Below the pieces are notes generated by a model that saw nothing but the letters and a program-made list of their open reading frames with translations, had not been told where the DNA came from and searched no databases. Below are positions 1 to 14,007 of a stretch of 64,000 nucleotides of DNA, one piece after another. Location: contig NC_068991.1 in NCBI RefSeq assembly GCF_001194135.2, positions 18,188,190 to 18,252,189 on the forward strand. The letters run 5' to 3'. The DNA is from Octopus bimaculoides (Eukaryota). The translations under genes were made by a program, and so were the position numbers. Position 1 is the stretch's first letter; every line of letters starts with the position of its first letter.

Positions 1-278
1 TATATATATAAAGCGTTTTGCTTGTTATAGGCTTTCGGCGGCGTCAAATATGCACAGAGCGTGAATTCGCAATTACATATATAAAAAAGAAAATATTACA
101 TACATGTCTTCTCTGTCTGAGTTTCTTAATAATACATGGTTGATAAAAAGAGGTACGCGGTTCAATTTCTCTGAAAAGGAGGAGAAACCCCACCCTGTAG
201 CCGCAGAAATTTTATTTTCGTATTTATTGTCATCACACACAAAGCAACGAAGAGGGTGGGTCATTATATGGAATTATC

Positions 279-309
279 ATTATTATTATTATTATTATTA
301 TTAATAGTG

Positions 310-341
<32 letters not shown>
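279..341. repeat. (ATT)n-(AGT)n compound microsatellite
   Basis: Directly visible trinucleotide runs; these produce the poly-Y, poly-L and poly-V ORFs in the track. Confidence 0.95.
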
Positions 342-879
342 TATTTCCGACAACGTAACAAGGACCTTACTCTCCCATCTCGACTCGGTTTTGTTGTTCC
401 ATCTCTCTAATAATGTCCTTTTTATCCTCGTACTCTTGTGGCAAATAACAAATGAGTAAAAAATAAATAATTCATTAAGTAATACCACCACACCGCCACC
501 CTTAAGAAAGGATACAAACGTACATCAGACAAGTCTGCCTGTCTGTCTGTCTCTGTCGCTGTCTCTCTCTCTCTATCTCTTTCTGTCTGTCTCCTTTTCT
601 GATTTTGCGGCCTTGGGCCTAATCATTATTATCAGCAATATAAAAATCAGATATGCGCAGAGTCTAGCTACTGATATACGTACGCGTGTATGTGCGTGTG
701 TACACATACGTATGTACTTTTAAGTAAGTAGACGAAAGAAAAAAGACAAAAAAGCAGTAACGACAAATTATGACTGCTCGAGTATCCCCCCCTCCCCCTA
801 CCTTTTTCTCATTCCTTGACACGAATTCTCTCGTTTCCAATTTCTATTTGCCAGTGCGTGTATGTGGTATATATATATA

Positions 880-955
880 ATATATATATATCACATACAC
901 GCACACACGTTATATACATTAATATGTATATACACATATCTATATGCATAAACAT

Positions 956-991
<36 letters not shown>

Positions 992-1006
992 CACACATTA
1001 TATACA

Positions 1007-1047
<41 letters not shown>

Positions 1048-1151
1048 CTATATGCATAAACATACAATATATATATATACATACGCATATACACGTTATA
1101 TACATTAATATATATATACACATATCTATATGCATAAACATACAATATATA

Positions 1152-1191
<40 letters not shown>
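880..1191. repeat. TA-rich compound minisatellite, about 3 units
   Basis: Unit tatatacattaat(a/g)t..atacacatatctatatgcataaacatacaat recurs near 911, 1002 and 1098, separated by (TA)n; it runs into a gap. Confidence 0.85.
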
Positions 1192-2037
1192 NNNNNNNNN
1201 NNNNNNNNNNNNNNNNNNNNNNNNNNNNNNNNNNNNNNNNNNNNNNNNNNNNNNNNNNNNNNNNNNNNNNNNNNNNNNNNNNNNNNNNNNNNNNNNNNNN
1301 NNNNNNNNNNNNNNNNNNNNNNNNNNNNNNNNNNNNNNNNNNNNNNNNNNNNNNNNNNNNNNNNNNNNNNNNNNNNNNNNNNNNNNNNNNNNNNNNNNNN
1401 NNNNNNNNNNNNNNNNNNNNNNNNNNNNNNNNNNNNNNNNNNNNNNNNNNNNNNNNNNNNNNNNNNNNNNNNNNNNNNNNNNNNNNNNNNNNNNNNNNNN
1501 NNNNNNNNNNNNNNNNNNNNNNNNNNNNNNNNNNNNNNNNNNNNNNNNNNNNNNNNNNNNNNNNNNNNNNNNNNNNNNNNNNNNNNNNNNNNNNNNNNNN
1601 NNNNNNNNNNNNNNNNNNNNNNNNNNNNNNNNNNNNNNNNNNNNNNNNNNNNNNNNNCAGGGTAGGGGTTACTAGTTCAAAACGTCCCCGTAAACATTGT
1701 ATTTGGTTCACTTCTTTCGAAGGGTATCCACCATGTTTTGTAGAAGGGTGGTACTTGATTTCAAGAACAGGGCATTCATCTTTACGATTATTAACAGGGG
1801 CAACAACTATTAAAGAAGGGGGAGGGGGAAAATTAGAAAAAGAGAGAAAGAAACGGAAACCTCCCTTATCCGAATATATGTTAACACTAAAGTCATGGAA
1901 AAAAAGTGAAATATTATTTGTGGGGAAATTCAAAATGTGTAATGTTTATAGAATACACACAGAAGTATGGTTATGTGTTTTACATGTGTGCGTGTACATG
2001 TGCACAAAGGCTAGCACAAGATGCATGCGTGTGGTAT

Positions 2038-2081
<44 letters not shown>

Positions 2082-2564
2082 TTATATATATAATATAAAA
2101 TATCCACGCTGGTACTGAATTGGGTGGTTCCCAATTAGGTTTTTTTTTATGTATGTTTGTACTACTGTATGTGTGCGTCAAAGAGGGAGGGTGTGTGTGT
2201 GGAAAGTGAGAGAGAATATGTATGTGTGAGGAGGGGGAGATAGCACTCTACGCGCGTGCGCACAGAAATGCCAAAAAAAAAATCTTTCCATTCATACTGC
2301 GCATGTTTGTATCAGATAAACTGCTATACATGCTACAATTTAATACGTTGCATGTTTCCTAGAAATAGTGATCACACATAGAAGACTATCACTTCATCTC
2401 TCTCTTTCTCTCTCTCTCCACACACAGATTTATCTTCCGTTATTGCAACTTGTAGGTGTATATATATGTGCGTGCGGGACTGGACGTGTGCGTATTCTGC
2501 ATGCATCTGTATGCGTGAGTACAGCACACACTGAAATGGATGTGTATGAGATTTCAATGAGCTA

Positions 2565-2612
<48 letters not shown>

Positions 2613-2882
2613 GTGCGCGCGCATACACACATGCACAAGGGAGTGGCATATGTGAATGAATGTGTGTGTAAAGAGAGTAAACACCATGATATGTTGAAAG
2701 CTAATAATGCAAAAGCACCTTATCCTTGCGAATGAATCACATCCCTACCTCGAACCTTAAATAGCTGGGTTTTAGGAGCCAATTCATTTTAATCTATTCC
2801 CGACTACTTCACTTGCAGTGACAAATCCGCTGGGGGAAGGCATTCTTGCTACAACTAACCATTCTCCTCGAAATATTATAAC

Positions 2883-2926
<44 letters not shown>

Positions 2927-3104
2927 NNNNNNNNNNNNNNNNNNNNNNNNNNNNNNNNNNNNNNNNNNNNNNNNNNNNNNNNNNNNNNNNNNNNNNNNNN
3001 NNNNNNNNNNNNNNNNNNNNNNNNNNTTTTTGGCTTTTGCAAGGAACGCAACTCGACACCGCAACACCCCCACCACCACCACTACTATTACAATGGTAAT
3101 AATC

Positions 3105-3315
3105 CTTTCTACTATAGGCACAAAGACTGGAATTTGGAAGGAGGGAGCTAGTCGATTACATCGATCCCAGTGCTCCGCTAGTATTTATTGTATCTACTCC
3201 GAGAGGATGAAACGGCACTGTCGACCTCGTCGGGTTTTGAACTCAGAGCGTAAAGAATCGGAAGGAAAGCCGCTGTGCATTTTGTCGAACGCTCTGACTA
3301 TTCAGCCAGCTCGCA
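3105..3315 (-). mobile_element. SINE family B copy (diverged, CpGs retained)
   Basis: Reverse complement reads gagctggctgaatagtcagagcg...ctgagttcaaaacccgacgaggtcgacagtgccgtttcatcctctcggagtagatac...ctgggatcgatgtaatcgact...tttgtgcctatagtagaaagg, matching the family B copies at 35.6-36.9 kb. Confidence 0.75.
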
Positions 3316-4634
3316 GGTCGATCGATTCGGCGACCCAAGTACATGACTGATATGCTAACGACTTCCAGAAGATATGAAGGACGTCAACTTTGGGCGGAAT
3401 ATGAACTAAAGAACAAAATAATAACTAGACAGTTGAAATATATACAATATTTTAGCCTAGTGCTTCTGTTACTTCCACTTCTCTCTTGTAGATGATGATG
3501 ATGATTTGTACGAATTAACGAGGAACTTTCTAGGTGGTGGCTCGACCTACTAGGAGGAGGGCAATCAAATCCTCTCCAGATCAAACCCAAATTATTCACG
3601 TAGTCCTAGTTATATTTACAAATATACATTGAGATCGTCAACGTTCTCTAGAGCTGCAAATGTGGTCTCTGCTGAGGAGCAGAGGCACTTTATACTAACG
3701 ATGGAAATAAAAGGGAGAGAAGAGGACTCGACTCGCCTGTTGACCAGAGCTTGGCGTGTCCGCGAGTGACCTCGTAGGAATCAGTTGGAGGGGGGGGACT
3801 TTCTGTGGGGTGTGACTAGAATCGAATCGAAATCTTGACCAGAACAGACTTTTCCATCCTTTCGTTCATGAGGAGAGGGTGGCAAAATGATTAAGTAATA
3901 ACGACTATCCCAAGGTGGGTATAATATACAGAAAATACCCGCTTTTCTAAATCCTTGTGATGTTAGCAGTATCATATGTGTGTGTGTGTGTGTATGTGTG
4001 TGTGTGTGTGTGTGTGTGAAGGGTACATGCCAGGCAAGTGATTTGATCTGAGACCGTGTGTTGTGTGTGTGTGTGTATAAGTGTGTTGGTGGGTGGGTGT
4101 CCAATAGGGAGCTTGGAAGACCATAGTTCAAATGAGGGCTTAATACATGTACTGGGCAGAGTGATTATTATTATTATTATTATTTTATATTTTTTTTTAC
4201 TGGTAACAAAAGAGCTAACACACGCTCGCGCGCACAAACGCAAGTGGAAATTGGAGAATAAGAGTTGATTCCTACCCTGCTTACAACCTCGCCCTGTCGA
4301 ACAAACTATTTTAGAAATGAATATGTAAAGGATGGTAACCATGCGAAATAGGGAAGAATGTAGAGTAGTATTTAGGCAGAGAGGGGATGAGGAGGGGCGG
4401 AGGAAAAAGAAAGAAAGGGAGCTAAGTGGAGGTGGAGTTAGGGAATGCACGTAGAGTGGAGGCAAATATGTGAATGACAAATTGTGATGTGTGCATATGG
4501 TGGGAGTGAAGGAGATCAGAGCCATTCCACTACTGTTTTGCGCCTCCAACGTTAGTGTATCTACTATACACACTCATATATATGTATTTACACACACACA
4601 GAGATACATAGATAGATAGATAGATAGATAGAGT

Positions 4635-4670
<36 letters not shown>

Positions 4671-5547
4671 TTCACATTATTCACATTTTTACACGTGTAC
4701 ATATACACCTGCTTGTTTACACGTGTGTATATGTTTATGTGCGTGCATGCGTCAGTGTGTATTTCTGCGTGTCTTTACTAAAAATTGTGATAATTTCCAA
4801 CAGACAATTAACAAAAGGGTCAGACTTGCGCACAGCCAATGGTGCTCTTTTCGTTTTTCCGAAAAAAAAATTCCCTTATCCCCCCGTACTATTTTACACA
4901 CACACACACACACAGGGTGAGAGATAAATTTTGTTTTTATGTTTATAGTTCAAGTGTGTGTGTGTTAAAAATACAAGCATTAAATTACGTTTAATAGAAG
5001 GTATATATACAATCGGCATACATACACACACAGAGTATATAATATACAAACACTGAGAGTTCAAGGAGATGCTTCAGTGTGTACATGCTTACACATGGAG
5101 ATATTTCAAAGCTCAGATGCAGGAACAAATCTAAAAAAACAGTCGAAACATATCCCTCCCCCTGTGTGTATATATATATATACACACACATCCATACGCA
5201 CGTTTCAATTTCTAATCAATAGGTGGTATTTACTTTAGAGCTTAAATTACTGTTGCTACTTCGAGTCTCACGATTCTCCGTTGACCACGTACACACAGCT
5301 GAAACATTTGGAGTTTTAATGTACATCGTAACCTCACAAAAAAATAAGCCATGCATATGCGCGCGCGCGCGCGCACACACACACACACACACAAACATGT
5401 AATCCGAAAGTATTACACGCCTCGCATGTGAATACACATGAATATGAAAACTGCTTAAACTATTTCAATGCAGGTCTTTCACAGTAGCACTCCACAGAGC
5501 AAGCCTGCTACACACAAACACAAGATAATTGTTGTGGCTTAAAACTG

Positions 5548-5705
5548 GAGGTCAATGCTGATCGAATAGACTTCCCAAAACTATCTCATCTTTAACAGCA
5601 TATCCCGAAATCCAATGTGTCCTTTGACTTATTTTTAAATCAGTAGTTTGTTTTGGAAAGGATTTAGCTGCTGTTTCAAGCAGTTCGAACGACCCCGTCG
5701 TGGTT
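5548..5705 (-). mobile_element. Interspersed repeat family E (SINE-like)
   Basis: Contains atttagctgctgtttcaagcagttcgaacgacc and tccaatgtgtcc, the reverse complement of the E consensus ggtcgctcgacctgctagaaatagcagccaaat...ggacacattgga, as at 55680-55875. Confidence 0.6.
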
Positions 5706-5916
5706 TCCCCCCGTCGGACCGTAAATAGCAAAAGTGGTTTTATTGAAAGCTTTCGATGCATGAGCATACACGCAAACAATACACATGCTAAAGACTGCAG
5801 ATTCTGTTTCTGATGAATACTATTAGTTTAATCACCATTGCTAGCTAGCTTCCTTCACACATCGCGAACCAGTAAGCACGTACGTACACGCTTTCTCGCA
5901 ACGAAGGCCCTTTCTG

Positions 5917-6195
5917 TGGTCGCACGACCTTTAGAAATAGCAACTGAATATCCCCCAGATCACACTCTACCGTCTTTAAAAAGCAAAGTGAAAGCGACAC
6001 GACATACATAACGCAGTGCGAAATACACTCTTTACAAAAGATGGGGTCGTCTTGGTTGGGACCCTAGCTTAAATACGGACAGGGCACAAATAATAGGATC
6101 CTTAATACACAGTGCCCAAATAAATCTAAAAAAGATGTGATAGTCACGATTGGAATGCCTTTCAAACGATCAAGGGTTGACCTGTATTTGAACAA
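5917..6195 (+). mobile_element. Interspersed repeat family E (SINE-like)
   Basis: gtggtcgcacgacctttagaaatagcaactgaatatccccc...gatagtcacgattggaatgcctttc...gggttgacctg...aacaacaacaa; related copies near 10415-10600, 26570-26745 (-), 29345-29560, 30188-30290, 50255-50380 and 55680-55875 (-). Confidence 0.65.
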
Positions 6196-6508
6196 CAACA
6201 AACGAGAGAGAGAGACAGAGACAAAGAGAGACAGAGAGAGACAGACAGAGAGAAAGAGAGAGACATATACACAGAAATAAAGAGAGAGAAAGAGAGAGAG
6301 AGAGAGGTATAAATAATTAACGTAAGTGGTGGGGGCTTATAACGAAACGATGGATTCTACCAGATGCCTGTACCGTCACCACCTCACCGCCGACGCCACA
6401 CATTTCAATAAGATTAACATTTACAACTATTAATGCGACAAACGATGACGTAGCAACGCCAACAAGTGTACATGTGTGTGTGTGTGTGTGTGCTTGATGC
6501 AAGCTCAT

Positions 6509-6551
<43 letters not shown>

Positions 6552-6782
6552 CGCGTGCGCGTACTGCGTGAGGAGAAAAGGGATATTTCCCTTCACGCAT
6601 TTTCTTATGTTTGTTGTTCTTCATACATTTCAGAACTGAGATGTGAAAGCATATTCAACACACGTCACATTGTATGGGATCTCTCTCTCTCTCTCTCTCT
6701 NNNNNNNNNNAAAACACAACAAAAAAACAAAAAAACAACAAAGTGAGGACGTGATATGGACGCTCAGGAAAGGAAAGAGAGA

Positions 6783-6820
<38 letters not shown>

Positions 6821-7425
6821 TCGCGCACGCGTCTTAATACGTTTGTGTATACGTATACATAATACTTTTCGACCATCCATTCGCTTGCTTCCTTATGTAG
6901 GTGTGTGTGTGTGTGTGTGTGTATATGTATATATGTATTTATATTATGTATATGTATGTATGCAGGTGTGTGTGTGTGTTTGTGTATGTATATATGTATA
7001 CATGATACACATGTGCTTCATAGTATACACATCAACTAATAAGAAAAAAACAAACAGGTACGTTTCACTGAATATACTCAATAGTTAATTAAAAATTAGA
7101 GTTATGACAACAAAGTCTATGTCAAAGAAACAGACCGGAATAGAGGAATCTCGAATATATTCAAACAAAGATACACACACACACACACACACTACTGTAT
7201 ATTACCTTAAACAAGGGTATAAGACTATGTTTTAGTGTTTTGGGATGTATCTCGTCAGCCTCAAGGGAATATAAACATACATACATACATACATGATGAA
7301 ATGAAATGAATGGACAGCTGAAAATAATAGCTTTGTTATGTATACATACGTATTAAGGTATGAAGGTATATATAAATAATAGAAGACAGATTCACGATGC
7401 AACATTGTGAGAGGCATGACGGTTG

Positions 7426-7467
<42 letters not shown>

Positions 7468-8908
7468 CACACATACATACAAACACCAGAATTTGGGAAC
7501 TGCAGCTACTAGCACGAGCGCCGGACTAAAAAGGGGCCACTGCTCATCCGGCCATCCAAAATGGCAGGATCTATATAAACATACATTTCTTTAAACTCTA
7601 TACTTCTGAAGATAGGCCACTGGGCACGAAATATAAAGGCTTTTTAAAACCTTCTCCATTGTTAAAGGCTTCCCTTATTTCTGATTTCATCTATAATTCT
7701 CCTCTCCAAACCATATGTNNNNNNNNNNNNNNNNNNNNNNNNNNNNNNNNNNNNNNNNNNNNNNNNNNNNNNNNNNNNNNNNNNNNNNNNNNNNNNNNNN
7801 NNNNNNNNNNNNNNNNNNNNNNNNNNNNNNNNNNNNNNNNNNNNNNNNNNNNNNNNNNNNNNNNNNNNNNNNNNNNNNNNNNNNNNNNNNNNNNNNNNNN
7901 NNNNNNNNNNNNNNNNNNNNNNNNNNNNNNNNNNNNNNNNNNNNNNNNNNNNNNNNNNNNNNNNNNNNNNNNNNNNNNNNNNNNNNNNNNNNNNNNNNNN
8001 NNNNNNNNNNNNNNNNNNNNNNNNNNNNNNNNNNNNNNNNNNNNNNNNNNNNNNNNNNNNNNNNNNNNNNNNNNNNNNNNNNNNNNNNNNNNNNNNNNNN
8101 NNNNNNNNNNNNNNNNNNNNNNNNNNNNNNNNNNNNNNNNNNNNNNNNNNNNNNNNNNNNNNNNNNNNNNNNNNNNNNNNNNNNNNNNNNNNNNNNNNNN
8201 NNNNNNNNNNNNNNNNNNNNNNNNNNNNNNNNNNNNNNNNNNNNNNNNNNNNNNNNNNNNNNNNNNNTATATATAACGGTTATAAAGTTATATAGTATAT
8301 TATCTTCGTAGCTTAGCCGTCTCTGGAACATTCCTCACCCTAGGGGCAGCTAAATAACTGCAAGTCTTCTTTCAGATGCTCTACACTCATCTTGTAAGCA
8401 GTAATGAGGTTCATCTCTGAAGTGGTCTACACCTGGCTTGGGATTTCAGGAGCCGTGTATATGTACACCCATCCACACATACGCACACAGAAAAAAAAAT
8501 GTGGTGGCGTGTTGGTAGAATCGTTGGAGCGTCGGATAAAATGCCTGGCGGTATTTGCTCTGGTGCTCAGCGCCTTGAGATGAAACCAAAGATTTAAAGT
8601 AGGCATGGATAACCTTTTTACAAGAAACGGGTTGCATGAAACATCGCTCCATCATTAGGGAATTTTCAAGGTAATTTTTCGATGGCGTGCCGTCCAGAAA
8701 ATCCCGTGGGCCACAGTTTATGCATGAATGGTTTAAAGATTACTTTGTCTTTTACTCTTTACCTGACCGGTTAATAAGGTACCAGACCTGGAATGGATCT
8801 TTCTTCCTCTCTCTTTCTCTCTCTCATATATATATATTTATATATAAATTGATAGAAAGGACAACAAAAGAAAGAAAGATATCTCGATATTATGTAAATA
8901 GAGGAATT

Positions 8909-9031
8909 TATCTGTAAAAATATGTGACACTTATTCGGTAGCCATGATAAAACTCCGAGTTCCCACCCCAGCATCCGAAACTCGGAGTTTTATCATGGCT
9001 ACCGAATAAGTGTCACATATTTTTGCAGATA
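8909..9031. mobile_element. TA-flanked foldback MITE / near-perfect hairpin
   Basis: Arms of about 53 bp, tatctgtaaaaatatgtgacacttattcggtagccatgataaaactccgagtt and its reverse complement with one mismatch, around a loop of about 17 nt; TA at both ends. Confidence 0.75.
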
Positions 9032-9560
9032 NNNNNNNNNNNNNNNNNNNNNNNNNNNNNNNNNNNNNNNNNNNNNNNNNNNNNNNNNNNNNNNNNNNNN
9101 NNNNNNNNNNNNNNNNNNNNNNNNNNNNNNNNNNNNNNNNNNNNNNNNNNNNNNNNNNNNNNNNNNNNNNNNNNNNNNNNNNNNNNNNNNNNNNNNNNNN
9201 NNNNNNNNNNNNNNNNNNNNNNNNNNNNNNNNNNNNNNNNNNNNNNNNNNNNNNNNNNNNNNNNNNNNNNNNNNNNNNNNNNNNNNNNNNNNNNNNNNNN
9301 NNNNNNNNNNNNNNNNNNNNNNNNNNNNNNNNNNNNNNNNNNNNNNNNNNNNNNNNNNNNNNNNNNNNNNNNNNNNNNNNNNNNNNNNNNNNNNNNNNNN
9401 NNNNNNNNNNNNNNNNNNNNNNNNNNNNNNNNNNNNNNNNNNNNNNNNNNNNNNNNNNNNNNNNNNNNNNNNNNNNNNNNNNNNNNNNNNNNNNNNNNNN
9501 NNNNNNNNNNNNNNNNNNNNNNNNNNNNNNNNNNNNNNNNNNNNNNNNNNNNNNNNNNNN

Positions 9561-9591
<31 letters not shown>

Positions 9592-10414
9592 GTATAATTC
9601 GGGTGAAAACCTCGTAACGTGCATTTACGAGTTATCCTACAGTGGGGTATATTCCTGGAGTGGATACACATGCGGAACTCCTCTTTACATAAGATTAATA
9701 CAAAGATAATATAACACGAGGATGGAGGATAACAGACTTAACAGTATATCACACTTGCGGTGCAGTTTTTACTCACACACACAAACAAATTTCGTGTTGT
9801 TTTTTTTTATTCAACCTGCCTGGTCAAGTTAACAAAATTTATAAATCTTCTACTCTCAGTATTAAGTCAGTAAACTAGCTTTAAAAGAATAATCGTCACG
9901 ATTTAACACAGATATACACACACACACACACAGCATACAAACACGTATACACACACGCGTGCGTGTCTAAATATAATAGGGTGTTACTACTTATGGGGAA
10001 TACAACAGGGTAGAGCAGTAATATAATACAGCACAATGGATACTCAAATAAAATAGTTACATAAACAGACGTGTGCACGTTGGTGTGTTTGTGTAGGTAC
10101 GTGTGTAACATGTACGCATATCTCCTTACCTTTATATACACACGTACATATGTGTATAATTATAAGATATGTAGATTGGCATGTATTTTATTTACCCCCC
10201 CCCTCTCTCTCTCTCTCTCGATATATATATATATATACACACACACATACATACACAAATATTTGACTGTTGAGCTGTATGTATATTACTTTATATTGTA
10301 TATCCCATTATAAGCAGCCCCTCATATATAGAGAGAGAAAAAGGGGGAGAGAAGGAGAGAGAGAGGAAGAGAAGGGAGGGAGAGAGCGTAACAGACGGGT
10401 TAATGAGTGAATCT

Positions 10415-10600
10415 ATGGTCACAGGACCTGCTAGAAATAGCAACCCAATACCCCTCATATCACATCTCTCCACCTTAATATAAAAGGACGAGATTGTTCG
10501 TTTGGCAATATATACGAATAAAGTACGAAACAGCTATGACTTGACTGCCTTCATTCATAGGTTTTCATAATCAATGTTAAACGATGATTCAACATCGCCT
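10415..10600 (+). mobile_element. Interspersed repeat family E
   Basis: atggtcacaggacctgctagaaatagcaacccaatacccctcatatcaca... matches the E head. Confidence 0.55.
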
Positions 10601-11159
10601 TAACATTTTTCATATACAGTACATCTATTACATAATGCAATCTCTACTTCCAATTTTTAAAACACTGTGTACTGTGAGAGAGATGTAGCTGTTTTTCAAG
10701 TAGATCGTGCAACGCTGTAGAAGTTGCTTTAGCAATGTGTTAAAAGTAGTGAGATAATCTGAAGTAATCAGGCTGTGTGCGTGCGTGTGTGTGTGTATGT
10801 GTGCGCGCGGATGCGTGTGTTTAAATACTCTCCGAAATAACCATTTTAATGGCTTCAAGGAAGCTCTGAGATAATGTACAATCACTCAGCTCTGAGCACA
10901 CTGCTTCTTATAGCAGAAACAACTGTAAGCTAATAAAGTTGATTATGGTCTGTGAATGAAAGGAATGGATTTATATATGAAAAGTTATGTACTACATATG
11001 TTTCGAAAAGATGCAGCAAACAGGTTTTACATAATTATTCAGCGTTTTTTTTTATCAGGTACTAGCAGCCTGTCACTTCATCTCCTGTTATCTATAGAAG
11101 CCTCGTCTATGATTGAGGCTAACCAACTGCTTCTAACCATGACCAAGTGGACCTCACTA

Positions 11160-11347
11160 ATATCATCAACATCATCATCATTAAAGGTCCGGTTTCCATA
11201 CTGGCATAGTCTGGACAGTTTGACAGGAACTGGCAAGTCAGAGGACTTTATCATGCTCTATTGCCTGCTTTGGTTCTGTATCTATGGTTGGATGCCCTTC
11301 TTAGCACCATTTTACAGAGTGTACCAGGTGCTTTTTACTTGGCACCA
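11160..11347 (-). mobile_element. RTE-LINE 3' UTR-derived fragment (family D), degenerate
   Basis: (CAT)n tail then tttccatactggcatagtctggacagtttgac...ggttggatgcccttctta...tttacagagtgtaccaggtgc; homologous to the RTE 3' end at 18402-18620. Confidence 0.65.
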
Positions 11348-11563
11348 ATATATTCTATTCCTTGTTTCATAATCACTTGATAGCACTTTGTTAGAAACCG
11401 TCTCCCTTTCTCTTTTCTTTGAATGAAAAGTCTATCAAGAAAGTGAAAAATAAAGTAAAAGTACACACAGTCATTCAAATGCAAGCAACAAGTATACCAT
11501 GTACCTATAGTTATATATAGATGTGTGTGTACATACATTGCATCTTGAGATGATCATTTTGCA

Positions 11564-11975
11564 GCAGGAGTGGCTGTGTGGTAAGTAGCTTGCTCACCAA
11601 CCACATGGTTCGGGTTCAGTCACACTGCGTGGCACCTTGGGCAAGTGTCTTCTACTATAGCCTCGGGCTGACCAAAGCCTTGTGAGTGGATTTGGTAGAG
11701 GGAAACTGAAAGAAGCCTGTCGTATATATGTATATATATATATATATGTGTATGTGTGTGTTTGTGTGTCTGTGTTTGTCCTCTCCAACATCGCTTGACA
11801 ACCGGTGCTGGTGTGTTTATGTCCCCATAACTTAGCGGTTCGGCAAAAGAGAGACTGATAGAATAAGTACTAGGCTTCAAAAAGAATAAGTCCTGGGATC
11901 GATTTGCTCGACTAAAGGTGGTGCTCCAGCATGGCCGCAGTCAAATGACTGAAACAAGTAAAAGAGTAAAAGAGA
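11564..11975 (+). mobile_element. SINE family A, full length
   Basis: tRNA-like head (A box tggctgtgtggt, B box ggttcagtc), ccttgggcaagtgtcttctactatagcc body, internal (TA)n(TG)n, 3' end gactgaaacaagtaaaagagtaaaag; near-identical copies at 22.8, 43.3, 54.9 and 62.2 kb. Confidence 0.9.
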
Positions 11976-12198
11976 AAATACATGCACATGTATTTCACTT
12001 CTTTTAATAATTATCAGTTGACTAGTTGACTAATTAGATACTCATTTGCTGTTCCATCATTTCATCAATCCATCAGGTGATCTGTCAAAGTCCTTTCATT
12101 GCAGCCTGCGATCTTGTCAATGACATACCCTCATCTGCTCTTATGTCACAAGCTAATTTCTCTTTATTTTTCCTTTGCATTTATGTTTGATATTTCTG

Positions 12199-12237
<39 letters not shown>

Positions 12238-13014
12238 TGTGTGTGTTGTTTATTCAGCTATGTCAGTTTGTTGTTCAATGATGTTGAACCTTTGATACTG
12301 TCAATTGTTTCTACAGAACTATTTATCTTATGGTACATAAATTCCTTCATACATATATACACACACTCAAGCAAACACACACACAGAGAAACATACACAT
12401 TCATACATATACATGGTGAGATTTTGTGGTAAAAGACTGGATGACGTGTGTGAATGAATTTAGATAAGCATGTGAAATATTTCAATACAGTCGTAGACTG
12501 TGACCAATTGACTCTGGCAAAACAACTGGTTAATCCATCAAATGATCGATGAAGCAGCTGATTAGTAACATTACTAGTTTCACTGGAAACAATGAAATCA
12601 AAGGAAAAACAACCTGCGCATGTGTTTATAATGGCAAAATGACCCTCCCAGTGTACAGCATCATTTTCAATACTCAGTTTCACAGCAAGAATCTTGTACG
12701 TCTGTGTGTGTGTGTATGCAAATGACTGAGTAACCCAACACATTGTGCCCTTATGTAATCTTCGAGTAGAACCACAAACCACAGAGGCAGAATGCTTAAA
12801 CAAATATGATCGGCTTTGATACTATTTCTGTTGAACAAACTTCATATACATTCTGTCAAACCAAGATGATGTAGAAAGAGGGCACATAGCTAAGACCTAA
12901 GACAGCAAGACAACAAAATGAACTTCATAACGCTTACATCAATACACGCACACTTGTATCTATTATCTATGTGTGTATCATACTTATATATATACGTGCA
13001 TACATAAACATGAG

Positions 13015-13355
13015 TTTGTGTGGCTGTGGGGTAAGAAACTTGCTCCCCATTCACAAAGTTTCAAGTTCAGTCTTGGTAGATGGAAACTGAATGAAACCCG
13101 TCATATATGTGAGTATGTATGTGTCTTTGTGTCCGTGTTTGTCCCCAACCACCGCACCGCTTGACAACGGTGCTGGTGTGTTTACGTCCTTGTAACTTAC
13201 CAGTTTGGCAAAAGAGGTTTATAGAATAAGTACCCGGCCTTAAAAAAAAAAAAAGTACAGTGGTGGGGTCAATCCATTTGACTAAAAGAATTTCTCCAAG
13301 ACAGTACCCCAACATGGCTGTAGTCTAATGACTGAAACAAGTAAAAGATAAAAGA
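13015..13355 (+). mobile_element. SINE family A variant (older subfamily A', internal deletion)
   Basis: tggctgtggggtaagaaacttgct...ggtagatggaaactgaatgaaacccgtc...cttgacaacggtgctggtgtgtttacgtcc...gactgaaacaagtaaaagataaaag. Confidence 0.75.
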
Positions 13356-13963
13356 TATTATACACAAACATAATATAAACACATATACATACATATGCAT
13401 ATACACACATTACACATATATATACATACACACACACACAAATACATACACACACACACACACACACAAGATATACAGTTATCACTCACAAGCTTAATAT
13501 GATTGGGTAGCACATATGCTTTCTGTAATAGATTTAGGTAACTATATAGTCTTGAGCAGACACAGACATTCTCTCAGCCCTCCCACTCCTTGACAAAAGC
13601 CGAATATGAATGATGTGACAAAGCTGCACCAACAACAGGCTGGCACTCACTTTCAACTGAATAATAGAAGGATGTGAAATGAAGCAACTTGCTCAAGGAC
13701 TTAATGCAACATCCAGTCAAGGAATCAAGCTTGTGGCCCATTATTATTAGCTGAACATACTAACCACAAGAATACATACAACCCGCCACACACACACATA
13801 TATGGCTATATGCCTGGATTCACCAACATGAGTTTGTCCAACCCATGCCAGCATGGCAAATGGACATTAAATGATGATGATACATACACTATATATGCAC
13901 ACATGCCTCAGTATAAACAGCTTTTGTGGTACAAACCAATAAGAACCTACCATGAAAAATAGA

Positions 13964-14007
<44 letters not shown>

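Noticed and set aside
809-9671. Long ORFs (for example 308, 214 and 246 aa) and [12 protein letters not shown] ORFs throughout the track
   Set aside because: They are produced by N gaps and dinucleotide microsatellites and carry no domain signal.
12258-12803. 181-aa minus-strand ORF
   Set aside because: Both ends lie in microsatellites, there is no recognisable motif, and a faint piggyBac-like LAKQLVNP on the plus strand is too weak to call.
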